DNA of 64,000 nucleotides from the NCBI GenBank assembly GCA_016198705.1, contig JACQIA010000066.1, positions 3,610 through 67,609 of the forward strand. The letters are read 5' to 3'. Position 1 is the first letter of the stretch. Every line of letters starts with the position of its first letter. Below, piece by piece: positions 9,383-17,757 of the stretch. The notes beneath the pieces are model-generated. The model saw nothing but the letters and a program-made list of their open reading frames with translations, was not told the origin of the DNA and did no database searches. This stretch comes from Candidatus Aenigmatarchaeota archaeon. Its GTDB lineage: Archaea; Aenigmatarchaeota; Aenigmatarchaeia; CG10238-14; SCSR01. The translations under genes and the position numbers were made by a program.

Positions 9383-10159
9383 TTACTCAACCCTTTCGTA
9401 GACATACAATTTTTTCAACGCATCATAGATTGCTGAAATTAAATTGATTCTCATGCTTGTATTTCCAAAAGTTTTAACCCAGGCATCCTTAATGCCGGCA
9501 AGTCTGAATATTTTCTTGCTCTCGTCGTTAGCAACCAATCCAACTCCCTTGGGTGCTGGCTGCAAAACAAATCGTACAGAACCGGATTTTCCAGTGATTT
9601 TATAAGGAACACTATGGTTAGTGCCGCAATCACATTCCCAACTTCCGCATCCAAGCTTTATTCTCAGTAAATTCAGCTTCGCCCTTTGGATTGCTTTGGC
9701 TATAGCATCCCTAGTTTCAGGCGCTCTCCCCTGACCTATGCCAACCAAACCGTCTTCATTTCCTACCACAGCATATGCAGATGTGGTGAACCTTCTGCCA
9801 GATTTGTGCATAGCAGCAGTTATCCTAACTGGTATTCTCTGTATGCCGCCGCCTTTACCAGCTCTTCCGCCAATAAGAATTAATTCATTCTTTATATTCG
9901 GAACTAGCATGTCTATTATTTCAGGTTCAGCTATTCTCCTGCCTGATTTAAGCACATCATCGATATTTGTTATCTTCCCATTGAAAACTTCTTGGCCCAG
10001 GCTGGTTTTTGGTTTCCATCTTTCTAAATCCGGCGAAAGCTTTATTTCAGGAACTTCCTCTACCACAGGAACTTCTGCCAATTCCGTTGTTACCACTACT
10101 TCATTGGGTTGCTGCACTTCAATCTCTTTCTTTTCTTCAACCAAACTATCCACCTTCAA
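9383..10159 (-). CDS. rps5: 30S ribosomal protein S5 (uS5) with N-terminal extension
   Basis: dsRBD-like and S5 C-terminal segments (GGRAGKGGGIQRIPVRI..., VVGNEDGLVGIGQG). Between rpl18 and rpl30. Confidence 0.85.
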   Translation of the reverse strand: MKVDSLVEEKKEIEVQQPNEVVVTTELAEVPVVEEVPEIKLSPDLERWKPKTSLGQEVFNGKITNIDDVLKSGRRIAEPEIIDMLVPNIKNELILIGGRAGKGGGIQRIPVRITAAMHKSGRRFTTSAYAVVGNEDGLVGIGQGRAPETRDAIAKAIQRAKLNLLRIKLGCGSWECDCGTNHSVPYKITGKSGSVRFVLQPAPKGVGLVANDESKKIFRLAGIKDAWVKTFGNTSMRINLISAIYDALKKLYVYERVE

Positions 10160-10661
10160 TTATATGTTTAACCTTTTCAAATGCAGAAGGCAATTCTTTA
10201 AATTTGTTATTAACAGCTATATGCTTTCCAAGTACCCTGTCATCAGAAGGCAGTATCTCCTTTTCTACAGGAACGTTCAACCCACCATCTACAGCCCCTT
10301 TAACAACAGCATAAATTCTATTGCCTTTGGTAGACGAGTACAGGCCAGAATCCAAAATGGCTTCTTTGATGTTGCTCTTCGCAGCTTGCTTGCCCAGAGC
10401 CAATCCAGTCAAGTATGCGGCAGATATATTGTCGCATGCGAATTTCCATCCAATTTTCTTCAGCTGTTTGCTGTATGATGATAAAATTATCTTGTCGCCT
10501 TTGCCGTCGAATTCAACTATCTGTGCTGTGATGTAGTTTAAACTCCTTCGTACAACCAATCTTAGTCTTCTAGATTTCAACATCTTCAATCTTCTCTTAT
10601 AATCGGTTTTGCCCAACCTAGTTCTTTTGAACGGCATTCTGTATCTCGGTGACAGCTTCAT
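10146..10661 (-). CDS. rpl18: 50S ribosomal protein L18 (uL18)
   Basis: FKRTRLGKTDYKRRLKMLKS N-terminus characteristic of archaeal uL18. Confidence 0.85.
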   Translation of the reverse strand: MKLSPRYRMPFKRTRLGKTDYKRRLKMLKSRRLRLVVRRSLNYITAQIVEFDGKGDKIILSSYSKQLKKIGWKFACDNISAAYLTGLALGKQAAKSNIKEAILDSGLYSSTKGNRIYAVVKGAVDGGLNVPVEKEILPSDDRVLGKHIAVNNKFKELPSAFEKVKHIIEGG

Positions 10662-11086
10662 TTACCCACCTTCTTAAGAAAATCATGCTGCTCAAGATAA
10701 ATCCTCAAGTGGTGCTTGCTTCTGAACATTCCACCTTTGACCATCAAGCGCATTTTTTTATAAGTGCTATTGTCTATCTGGGTTGAAGTTTTCAATTCTT
10801 TCAGCATAGCACGCAAAGGCCTTACAGTATGTATCCATCTTCTTTTTTTCGGCCATAGGGCGAATTTGGAACCCTTTCTGCCGCCTGTGCTTCTCCTCTT
10901 CCTCTTTTCTTTGGGCATCTTTAGTTTTCCAGGCAGAGCTTTCACAGCATTTTGATTGACTAATTTCTTTACATCAATCCTGGTTATGGCCTTTTCCACA
11001 TCTTTTACTTTATTTGGATCCAGCCAAACTTTCGACATTCCCACCTTGAGTATTTTTGCTGCTAGTTTCTTTTGGAAGCTTGCCAT
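10658..11086 (-). CDS. rpl19e: 50S ribosomal protein L19e
   Basis: MASFQKKLAAKILKVGMSKVWLDP N-terminus typical of L19e. Confidence 0.85.
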   Translation of the reverse strand: MASFQKKLAAKILKVGMSKVWLDPNKVKDVEKAITRIDVKKLVNQNAVKALPGKLKMPKEKRKRRSTGGRKGSKFALWPKKRRWIHTVRPLRAMLKELKTSTQIDNSTYKKMRLMVKGGMFRSKHHLRIYLEQHDFLKKVGK

Positions 11087-11125
11087 ACCAATTATTTCTT
11101 AAAGTAGAATTTAAATATTTGATAA

Positions 11126-12301
11126 ATGGCTAAGAAGAAAGTTGGGAAAATTCCAGTCAAGTCTATTGCATCAATTATAGTAATTTTAGCTGCAGTGTCT
11201 TTCTTGGGAATAAGACCTAGTTCACTAGGTAGTTTGAAGGAAATTACTCTTCCTGATGGTTTTTCTATCGAAGTTTTTGCCGAAGGGCTAAGTGCTAGCC
11301 CCACTGCCTATCCAGGACCCAATACAGGACCGAGAATGATGGAATTTATTGATGGGGTTTTGTTTGCAAGCATCCCCTCTCAGGGAAAGGTTGTTGCTTT
11401 GCCTGATGACAATAATGATTTCAAAGCCGATAGAGTTGTAACCGTGATAGATAAATTAGGAAATCCTCATGGGTTGGAATTTCATGATGGTTGGCTGTAT
11501 ATTGCAGAAGAAGAGCGTGTTATAAGAGTAAAATTAAAGGATAATTTGGAGGCTGATTCAAGCACGCTGGAAGTTTTGGTTGGACATATACCGAATGAGA
11601 GATTGCCACACGGCGGGCATTTCACGAGGACGATAAAAATTTTTAATAACAGTCTGTATTTGAGCGCTGGTTCTGGTTGCAATGTTTGCTATGAACAAGA
11701 TGAGAGAAGGGCTGCGGTCACTAAATGCGATTTGGATGGGAAGAATTGCAAGACATTTGCTAAAGGAATTAGGAATGCTGTCGGATTTGTTTTTCATCCA
11801 ATTACTGGAGAGATGTATGCTACTGAGAATGGAAGAGATTTGCTGGGAGATGATTTACCGCCGGATGAAATAAATATAATCAAAGAAGGGAAGGATTATG
11901 GCTGGCCTATATGCTATGGGAAGAATATTCATGACACGGATTTTGACAAGAATGTTTACATAAGAGATCCATGTGCTGATAAGGAGCCGTCATTGATAGA
12001 TCTGCAGGCGCATTCAGCTCCATTGGGTTTGGCATTTTATTATGGAAATAATTTCCCTGAAGGATACAAGGGAGATTTGTTTGTTGCCTATCATGGTTCT
12101 TGGAACAGGGGTGAACCAACTGGATATAAGATTGTTAGGATTAAGGTTGGTGAGAAGAAGGTGGAGGATTTTGCTACGGGATGGTTGACGGGAACTACTG
12201 TAACAGGCAGGCCTGTAGGTATAATAATTGCTAGTGATGGAAGTATGTTTGTTTCTGATGATAATGCGGGGAAGATTTATAGAATAAGTTATATAGGATA
12301 A
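11126..12301 (+). CDS. PQQ-dependent soluble sugar (glucose/sorbosone) dehydrogenase-like beta-propeller protein
   Basis: N-terminal TM/signal, then a 6-bladed propeller pattern with HGL/HGGH/HGSWNRG motifs resembling SGDH/Asd family. Opposite strand to the flanking ribosomal genes. Confidence 0.55.
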   Translation: MAKKKVGKIPVKSIASIIVILAAVSFLGIRPSSLGSLKEITLPDGFSIEVFAEGLSASPTAYPGPNTGPRMMEFIDGVLFASIPSQGKVVALPDDNNDFKADRVVTVIDKLGNPHGLEFHDGWLYIAEEERVIRVKLKDNLEADSSTLEVLVGHIPNERLPHGGHFTRTIKIFNNSLYLSAGSGCNVCYEQDERRAAVTKCDLDGKNCKTFAKGIRNAVGFVFHPITGEMYATENGRDLLGDDLPPDEINIIKEGKDYGWPICYGKNIHDTDFDKNVYIRDPCADKEPSLIDLQAHSAPLGLAFYYGNNFPEGYKGDLFVAYHGSWNRGEPTGYKIVRIKVGEKKVEDFATGWLTGTTVTGRPVGIIIASDGSMFVSDDNAGKIYRISYIG

Positions 12302-12340
12302 GATATTGAATCTAACATTCTAGTCATCTTGAAATCTCAA

Positions 12341-12691
12341 CTACACTTTGACTCCTGGATTCAAAACTTTAACCTTCAATTCCTCAGCTTTTTTCAAAAT
12401 CTCACTTCTTTTCCTAGTACCAACAGTATGCGCAATCTTCACAGCTTCCTTACCTTTATCCAAATTCATCAATTCATCAACATTATGGACCAAAACTTCC
12501 CTGAATCCAGAAGGATGCAGGAATTTTGATTCTTTAGGAGCGCCATAGCCAACACTAGGCATTTTTATCTTGCCCTTTTCTCTAACTCTCAGCTTGTTCT
12601 GTTTGCCTCTGGGCTTTCTCCACGATGTGCCCAATCTCCTGTACGCTTCATGCATATATCTCAAAAACTTTGGCTTCTTCTTAGGATTCAT
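12341..12691 (-). CDS. rpl32e: 50S ribosomal protein L32e
   Basis: KFLRYMHEAYRRLGTSWRKPRG and SGFREVLVHNVDEL typical of L32e. Confidence 0.85.
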   Translation of the reverse strand: MNPKKKPKFLRYMHEAYRRLGTSWRKPRGKQNKLRVREKGKIKMPSVGYGAPKESKFLHPSGFREVLVHNVDELMNLDKGKEAVKIAHTVGTRKRSEILKKAEELKVKVLNPGVKV

Positions 12692-13126
12692 TTATCTCCC
12701 ACTCCAATAAGTTCCTTTTTGTTTTTTCCACTTCTTATAATCGTTCAATATCTTTGGATGGTCAAAACCAAGACTATCTGCATCTATTTCATCAACATCA
12801 AACCACTTGGCATCTTCTGCATCTGATGATGCTTTTAGCTTGCCACCAACCGCTTCTGTAATAAATACAACCGTAGCAACCCTGCCTCTAGAATCTCTAT
12901 TTACATCAGAGTAAACCCCCAGAATTTCCTTTAGCTTAACCTTCAATGACGTCTCTTCTGTAACTTCCCTTAATGCAGCCTCTTCTACAGTCTCATCCTC
13001 TTCAACAAATCCGCCAGGTATTTCCCAAGATCCTTTGTACGGCTCATTCATTCTTTTTATCAAAACTATTTCATTATTTCTTTCAACAATAATATCGGCA
13101 GTCATGCCAAAACCATAAGGTCTCAT
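12692..13126 (-). CDS. NUDIX hydrolase
   Basis: Nudix box GGFVEEDETVEEAALREVTEETSL (Gx5Ex7REUxEExGU-like). Inserted between rpl32e and rpl6. Confidence 0.75.
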   Translation of the reverse strand: MRPYGFGMTADIIVERNNEIVLIKRMNEPYKGSWEIPGGFVEEDETVEEAALREVTEETSLKVKLKEILGVYSDVNRDSRGRVATVVFITEAVGGKLKASSDAEDAKWFDVDEIDADSLGFDHPKILNDYKKWKKQKGTYWSGR

Positions 13127-13663
13127 CTATTCACCTTTGCTAACTATCCAAATGCCATCTTGAAACACGCGTCTGTCTCTTGCAGTAATTCTTGTACATT
13201 GCTCAATGTTTGCCGCAGTCCTACTTACATCATCAATATCAACACCAGTAACAGTTACATCTGCACCATCAATTTTTACCTCGGCCTTCCCAGCAGTCTT
13301 TGCAACTCTGGGCTTACGCTCGCCTAGGAAATTTTGTATAATTATTTTTTTACCTTCAACTTTAACCGTCACAGGAAAATGAGAATATACAACCTTCAAT
13401 TTGTAAGTATACCCCTTTACAATACCATTAATCATATTTTTTATATGTGCAATCGTGCTGCCAACTACTGCTTTAACATGCCTCCTGTCAGATTCAGAAG
13501 AAACTTTCACCTTGCCGTCAATCTTCTCTATGTTGATATCCTTTTCATATATCAACCGCTTTTCTAAATCACCTTTAGCCCCCTTAACTCTCACCTTGTT
13601 TCCTAAAATTTCCACTTCCACACCCTGAGGAATTGATAATTCTTTTGAGTACATTTCAACCAC
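13127..13663 (-). CDS. rpl6: 50S ribosomal protein L6 (uL6)
   Basis: Two-domain 178 aa with IPQGVEVEILGNKVRVKGAKG start typical of uL6. Confidence 0.85.
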   Translation of the reverse strand: MVEMYSKELSIPQGVEVEILGNKVRVKGAKGDLEKRLIYEKDINIEKIDGKVKVSSESDRRHVKAVVGSTIAHIKNMINGIVKGYTYKLKVVYSHFPVTVKVEGKKIIIQNFLGERKPRVAKTAGKAEVKIDGADVTVTGVDIDDVSRTAANIEQCTRITARDRRVFQDGIWIVSKGE

Positions 13664-13703
13664 TATATGGTGCTTATAAATTTGTGTATTAATCTTATAA
13701 AGT

Positions 13704-15320
13704 ATGCCCGGGTCGGATATCAGAAAAACAGCGAGACTCGCATTACGCCTTGATCCTGAAAAGGTCGGCTGGATTTACGCTTCTTTAATGAACCAGCCAC
13801 AGGTAGAATTATCCAAAGGTCCATTTCCACATCCGTTTAGTTCGCTTACCTATGTGGCTCAATATAACCAAGGTCAATTGGCATTGGTTGTCGGCTTGGG
13901 TTTAACGGACGAGTTCACAACTCGTTATGGTCCAACGGTAGGATCTCCTGAAGATTTGCAACCTCTCTTAAAGCGCTATAAGGGACACCAGTTTATTAAC
14001 AATGGGCAAGGTTTAGTATTGCATAATGATGACCAAGTTCAAGGCATGATTGTCCGAATGGAAGACCATATTGTGATTCAGCAAGGCGGGCAGGCAGGAA
14101 AGTTGCCTTTATCTCAGCAAACTCCAGTCAATGATTTACAAGTTCATTTAGCTAATTTTGGTTTATTGCCGCAGCGTTATGTGAGTGCTATATGGAATGC
14201 TTCACCCGAAACAGATCAAATGCGATTACAATTTGCACTTGATGTGCCGACCTTGCCAGAGGGCGCCCCACAAACGTATTTTTCAACATTTGAGATTATA
14301 GGTCAACAATTACGCGAGCGTCCAAGACCTGTCAGTTTGGATGATGATATTGGTGGATACAGGCATGCCAAAGAAGTGATGAAAGCCCTATTAATGGATC
14401 TAGTACAACCTGATGTCAGTCGCCAACATGGAACACAACCCTATAGCAACAAGTTTGTATTGTTTACTGGCGAGGAAGGAACTGGAAAAAGCTTGTTTCC
14501 AAAGGCATTGGATAAAATGTTACACGACAGAGTTGGCGATAGATATGAACATTTTCGTCTTCAAATGGGCACTTTATTGAGGCAATATGGTCCTGCATCA
14601 TCAGCAATTGTGAGTACTGTATTGGGTCATATAAGAGAGAATGAAAGAAAAGGCGTTCCAACATTATTACATCTTGATACATTAGAACAACTGCTACCAT
14701 CACATCTGAAATCCAGAAGAAACTTATTGGCAGGGTTACACAATGAAGTGGGTTATGATTATCCGGCTCTACAAACTCCCTCTTCTGCCGAGTTTAATTT
14801 TTCATTACAGGTCATCAATCCCATCATTGCTGAGTTTACTGCCTTTGGCCGCGAGCTAGGTGCGCAAAGCCAGTATGTTGTTGTACTTGGTGAAAGCCGT
14901 GTGTCTCGTGAGGAGTTGCCAGAAGAAGTCGCACGAACATTTCGACGTACAATCTCTCTAGATAACCCCAGCCCTTCAGATTCAGCTGATATACTGCGTG
15001 TGCAAATAAGGACTACAAGAAGTTTCGCCGAAAGAGCAAATACTGAAGAAGTGAAATACGACCCTTTTGTCTCAGACATTGAATCGCAATTGGATATAAT
15101 TGCCCAGAGTGCGGTTGGCCTGAACGGGCGTGATATACAGCAATCATTATTGAATATTACTACAAGACGCAAAGCAGCGACATTAGACGGACTTCCATAT
15201 TTACCGATTACAGCCGAGGAGTTAGGTGAGGAATTGACAAAACGTCGGGTAGAACGGGGAATAGTAGAACAAACGAAACGTCGCATAGGTTTCAGAACAA
15301 GATCAACAGCAACTCAATAA
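13704..15320 (+). CDS. divergent AAA+ ATPase-like protein (classic-clade AAA core, degenerate Walker motifs) with unknown 220-aa N-terminal domain
   Basis: DIGGYRHAKEVMKAL, then FVLFTGEEGTGKSLFPKAL (Walker A-like GxxGxGKS instead of GPPGTGKT), LLHLDTLE (Walker B with D-T instead of D-E), VVVLGESRVSREELPEEVARTFRRTISL (ATNRP/arginine-finger region). GC-richer and CGN Arg codons. Antisense to the flanking ribosomal genes. Confidence 0.55.
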   Translation: MPGSDIRKTARLALRLDPEKVGWIYASLMNQPQVELSKGPFPHPFSSLTYVAQYNQGQLALVVGLGLTDEFTTRYGPTVGSPEDLQPLLKRYKGHQFINNGQGLVLHNDDQVQGMIVRMEDHIVIQQGGQAGKLPLSQQTPVNDLQVHLANFGLLPQRYVSAIWNASPETDQMRLQFALDVPTLPEGAPQTYFSTFEIIGQQLRERPRPVSLDDDIGGYRHAKEVMKALLMDLVQPDVSRQHGTQPYSNKFVLFTGEEGTGKSLFPKALDKMLHDRVGDRYEHFRLQMGTLLRQYGPASSAIVSTVLGHIRENERKGVPTLLHLDTLEQLLPSHLKSRRNLLAGLHNEVGYDYPALQTPSSAEFNFSLQVINPIIAEFTAFGRELGAQSQYVVVLGESRVSREELPEEVARTFRRTISLDNPSPSDSADILRVQIRTTRSFAERANTEEVKYDPFVSDIESQLDIIAQSAVGLNGRDIQQSLLNITTRRKAATLDGLPYLPITAEELGEELTKRRVERGIVEQTKRRIGFRTRSTATQ

Positions 15321-15700
15321 ACAAAACAGACCAACTTACCGCCAACGTGCAATTCTTTCGCTTTTTTATGCTCTATTATGCCTTTTGGCGTAGTAAGAAC
15401 TAACAAGCCAATGTTTCTTGCCGGCAAATACCTCTTCTCCCACTTCTCGAACTCATCAAGTGCAATGGAAAATCTAGGCTTGATTACATTTGTGTCTAGT
15501 ATCTTCCCTTTCAACTCAATCTTGAACTTCCCGCCCCTTCCATCGTCAACCAGCTCAAATGCGCCTATATAGCCGTTGTCTTGCAAAACTTTCAGCACAG
15601 CCTTTATCTCGTTAGAAGCTCGAGTAATGCAGCTAGTCTTTCCTACTCTATCGGCGTTCTTTATCACCGACAATACATCTGCTAACGGGTCTTGCAACAT
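15314..15700 (-). CDS. rps8: 30S ribosomal protein S8 (uS8)
   Basis: MLQDPLADVLSVIKNADRVGK N-terminus and C-terminal GGKLVCFVY typical of uS8. Confidence 0.85.
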   Translation of the reverse strand: MLQDPLADVLSVIKNADRVGKTSCITRASNEIKAVLKVLQDNGYIGAFELVDDGRGGKFKIELKGKILDTNVIKPRFSIALDEFEKWEKRYLPARNIGLLVLTTPKGIIEHKKAKELHVGGKLVCFVY

Positions 15701-15775
15701 TTAATCACTAATATAAACGATTATTTTGATTTAAAAACGTTTAAAACGTTATTATTGAGCCATTCGAGTTACTCG

Positions 15776-16150
15776 CTATTTTTCAAATATTTTAAGTGCA
15801 CCTGCCACAACATAAGGATCAAGACTAATACCATTATCAGCTTCCAACCTTCTAGCTATTTCAGTAGCAAGTTCTTCTGTAGTATCAAAATTAGTTGCAA
15901 GTTCATCATAAAGTCCTCTAATAAGTGCTCTTATTTGTGTAGACTTATATCCACTTCCTCTAGAAGCTCTACGAACATCGCCTCTAAAATGGTCTTCTTC
16001 TTGATATCTTTGTCGACTGTCCGGATCTGTATAAACTCTACCACCACTTCTTATTACATTAAACCCCTTTCTCCGTAATGCATCAGCTGTATCTAGAGAT
16101 ACATCAAGGGGAACATAACCCGATGGAATAGGATTACCAAGTCTATCCAT
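15776..16150 (-). CDS. hypothetical protein (124 aa), compositionally atypical
   Basis: Intact ORF directly upstream of rps8, where rps14/rpl5 would normally be. CGN arginine codons, no recognisable motif. Confidence 0.35.
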   Translation of the reverse strand: MDRLGNPIPSGYVPLDVSLDTADALRRKGFNVIRSGGRVYTDPDSRQRYQEEDHFRGDVRRASRGSGYKSTQIRALIRGLYDELATNFDTTEELATEIARRLEADNGISLDPYVVAGALKIFEK

Positions 16151-16186
16151 TATACAAATTTTGGTCGAAACAAATAAATGTTTATA

Positions 16187-16915
16187 TTATTTTCTTATAC
16201 GGTAAATGAAATAAAGTAAATTCATGGACAACAGACTTACAAATAGTGCATAAGGAATTCTAACTACAAACGCCAGCAACACCACCAGCACAGCTAAAGA
16301 TACACCGAATGCTATTTGTTGATTTCTGACTATTGGAGTTGTCTTGGGTTCTACTGCCATAATAAAAGCAAAGTAGTATGGTAAACTTAACAAATCACTT
16401 AATGATTGCAATCTTATGTTATTAGTGAAGTATGTTAAAACTAAAAATACAGCAAGAAAAGACAAAGCTAAATGCAGTTTTCTAATCTTCCATGCAATTA
16501 TCACAAGAAATGGGATTAAAAATGGGACAGCAGCCCACCACGAATCGAACTTTGAAAATATAAGGAAACCAATTAGCATGCCGAATGTAGCCGGATTAAG
16601 TATATGATATGCCTTGTATTTCAGCAGGTGTTTCGAGACTATGGCTATTGCAGATGCAACTAAAGGGATGTATAGCGGATCTTCGAATGAAACTATCGAA
16701 CCAACTATCAAACCAGAAATAACGGCAGAGTAAGGAAATTTAAACTCTTTCTTAAGAACTTTTCTTATTACAATATCCAATATTGAAGCAGTCAAGACAG
16801 CTGTTAAGAGCGTAGGCAGAGTTTTTTCAAAACCGTTTGTTAACATCCCGCCTATAGCCATTATGGATAATGCTACAATTACCCAAACATAAACGTCATT
16901 CCAGTTTATCCCCAT
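16187..16915 (-). CDS. polytopic membrane protein (about 7 TM), unknown family
   Basis: 242 aa, highly hydrophobic, HILNPATFGML segment. No confident family assignment. Confidence 0.45.
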   Translation of the reverse strand: MGINWNDVYVWVIVALSIMAIGGMLTNGFEKTLPTLLTAVLTASILDIVIRKVLKKEFKFPYSAVISGLIVGSIVSFEDPLYIPLVASAIAIVSKHLLKYKAYHILNPATFGMLIGFLIFSKFDSWWAAVPFLIPFLVIIAWKIRKLHLALSFLAVFLVLTYFTNNIRLQSLSDLLSLPYYFAFIMAVEPKTTPIVRNQQIAFGVSLAVLVVLLAFVVRIPYALFVSLLSMNLLYFIYRIRK

Positions 16916-17015
16916 GCTATCTTAAATAAATTATCAATAATTAAGAATAAAATAGAGACAATATGAAACAAATCTATGCATTCACTTCAATATTACTTTT
17001 ACTAAGTTCTGTATA

Positions 17016-17030
17016 CTACAGTAACTGTAG
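17016..17030. promoter_or_regulatory. 15-bp perfect palindrome ctacagtaactgtag in divergent intergenic region
   Basis: Read directly: ctacagt-a-actgtag. Lies in the 310-bp spacer between the membrane-protein gene (minus) and the 17227 ORF (plus). Confidence 0.4.
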
Positions 17031-17141
17031 AAGACGAAGAATTTTCCCATGATCTAGATCAGGCGACTGATGACTTGAGCCAAGTAGATGCTTTGCACCT
17101 AAAGTAATTAAGACACACAAGATGTTGTTGTTTGAACTAGA

Positions 17142-17155
17142 TGTAACACGTGTTA
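17142..17155. promoter_or_regulatory. 14-bp perfect palindrome gtaacacgtgttac
   Basis: Read directly in the same intergenic spacer, about 70 bp upstream of the 17227 start. Candidate operator. Confidence 0.4.
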
Positions 17156-17226
17156 CAGGACTAAAAGTGCAAAGCCCCAAGTAGAATAAAATATAAAAAC
17201 ACTTCACATAGAAAATAATAGTTATT

Positions 17227-17607
17227 ATGTCTGCTGGTAAATTTGGAACTGCGATAAACTGCATAGATGGCAGGACACAATTGCCTGTTATCGAGTGGTT
17301 AATGGAAAATTTTCATCTCGATTTCGTGGATATGATAACCCACCCCGGTCCAGATAAATTATTATCACAAGGAAGACCAAGCGAATTAGAAGCAATGAAA
17401 GCAAAGGTGTTAATCTCGATCAAAGCACACGGTTCTAATGTAGTAGCTGTTACAGGTCATTATGACTGTGCTGGTAATCCTGTAGCAAAGGACGAACATT
17501 TGAGTCAAATAAAGAGAGCTACTGAGTTTATCCATTCCTTTACTCTTCCAATCAAGGTAGTTGGCCTTTGGATTAACGAGAATTGGAAAATTGAGATTGT
17601 TGAGTAG
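17227..17607 (+). CDS. small beta-carbonic-anhydrase-like protein (CxDxR / HxxC motifs)
   Basis: NCIDGRTQ and GHYDCAGNP resemble the beta-CA zinc ligand motifs (CxDxR, HxxC). Only 126 aa, so assignment is tentative. Confidence 0.35.
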   Translation: MSAGKFGTAINCIDGRTQLPVIEWLMENFHLDFVDMITHPGPDKLLSQGRPSELEAMKAKVLISIKAHGSNVVAVTGHYDCAGNPVAKDEHLSQIKRATEFIHSFTLPIKVVGLWINENWKIEIVE

Positions 17608-17614
17608 AATTAAA

Positions 17615-17715
17615 TGCGCCAGGGGGGAATTTCAGCTTTAGCTTTTGAACCCCCGTTGCAAGCTTGGAAGGCTCGCGTCTATTGGCAACTATTAACCAGG
17701 CTGGACCACTGGCGC
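17615..17715 (-). tRNA. candidate tRNA-Gly(UCC) with two non-canonical introns (D-region and T-loop)
   Basis: Minus strand: acceptor GCGCCAG/CUGGCGC plus discriminator A; anticodon stem CGAGC/GCUUG with perfect loop CUUCCAA; 4-nt variable CAAC; T-stem GGGGG/CCCCC enclosing 22-nt loop UUCAAA[AGCUAAAGCUGAAAU]U; 33 nt between acceptor and anticodon stem (about 14 nt extra). Same anticodon stem as the 3088 tRNA-Gly. Confidence 0.45.
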
Positions 17716-17757
17716 TTAACATTAAATAAAGAATGCAAGACTTTAAAATAAGTATGC

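Noticed and set aside
17016-17264. 82-aa minus-strand ORF in the palindrome-containing intergenic region
   Set aside because: It overlaps the start of the 17227 gene, has a hydrophobic low-complexity translation, and the region is better explained as a regulatory spacer.
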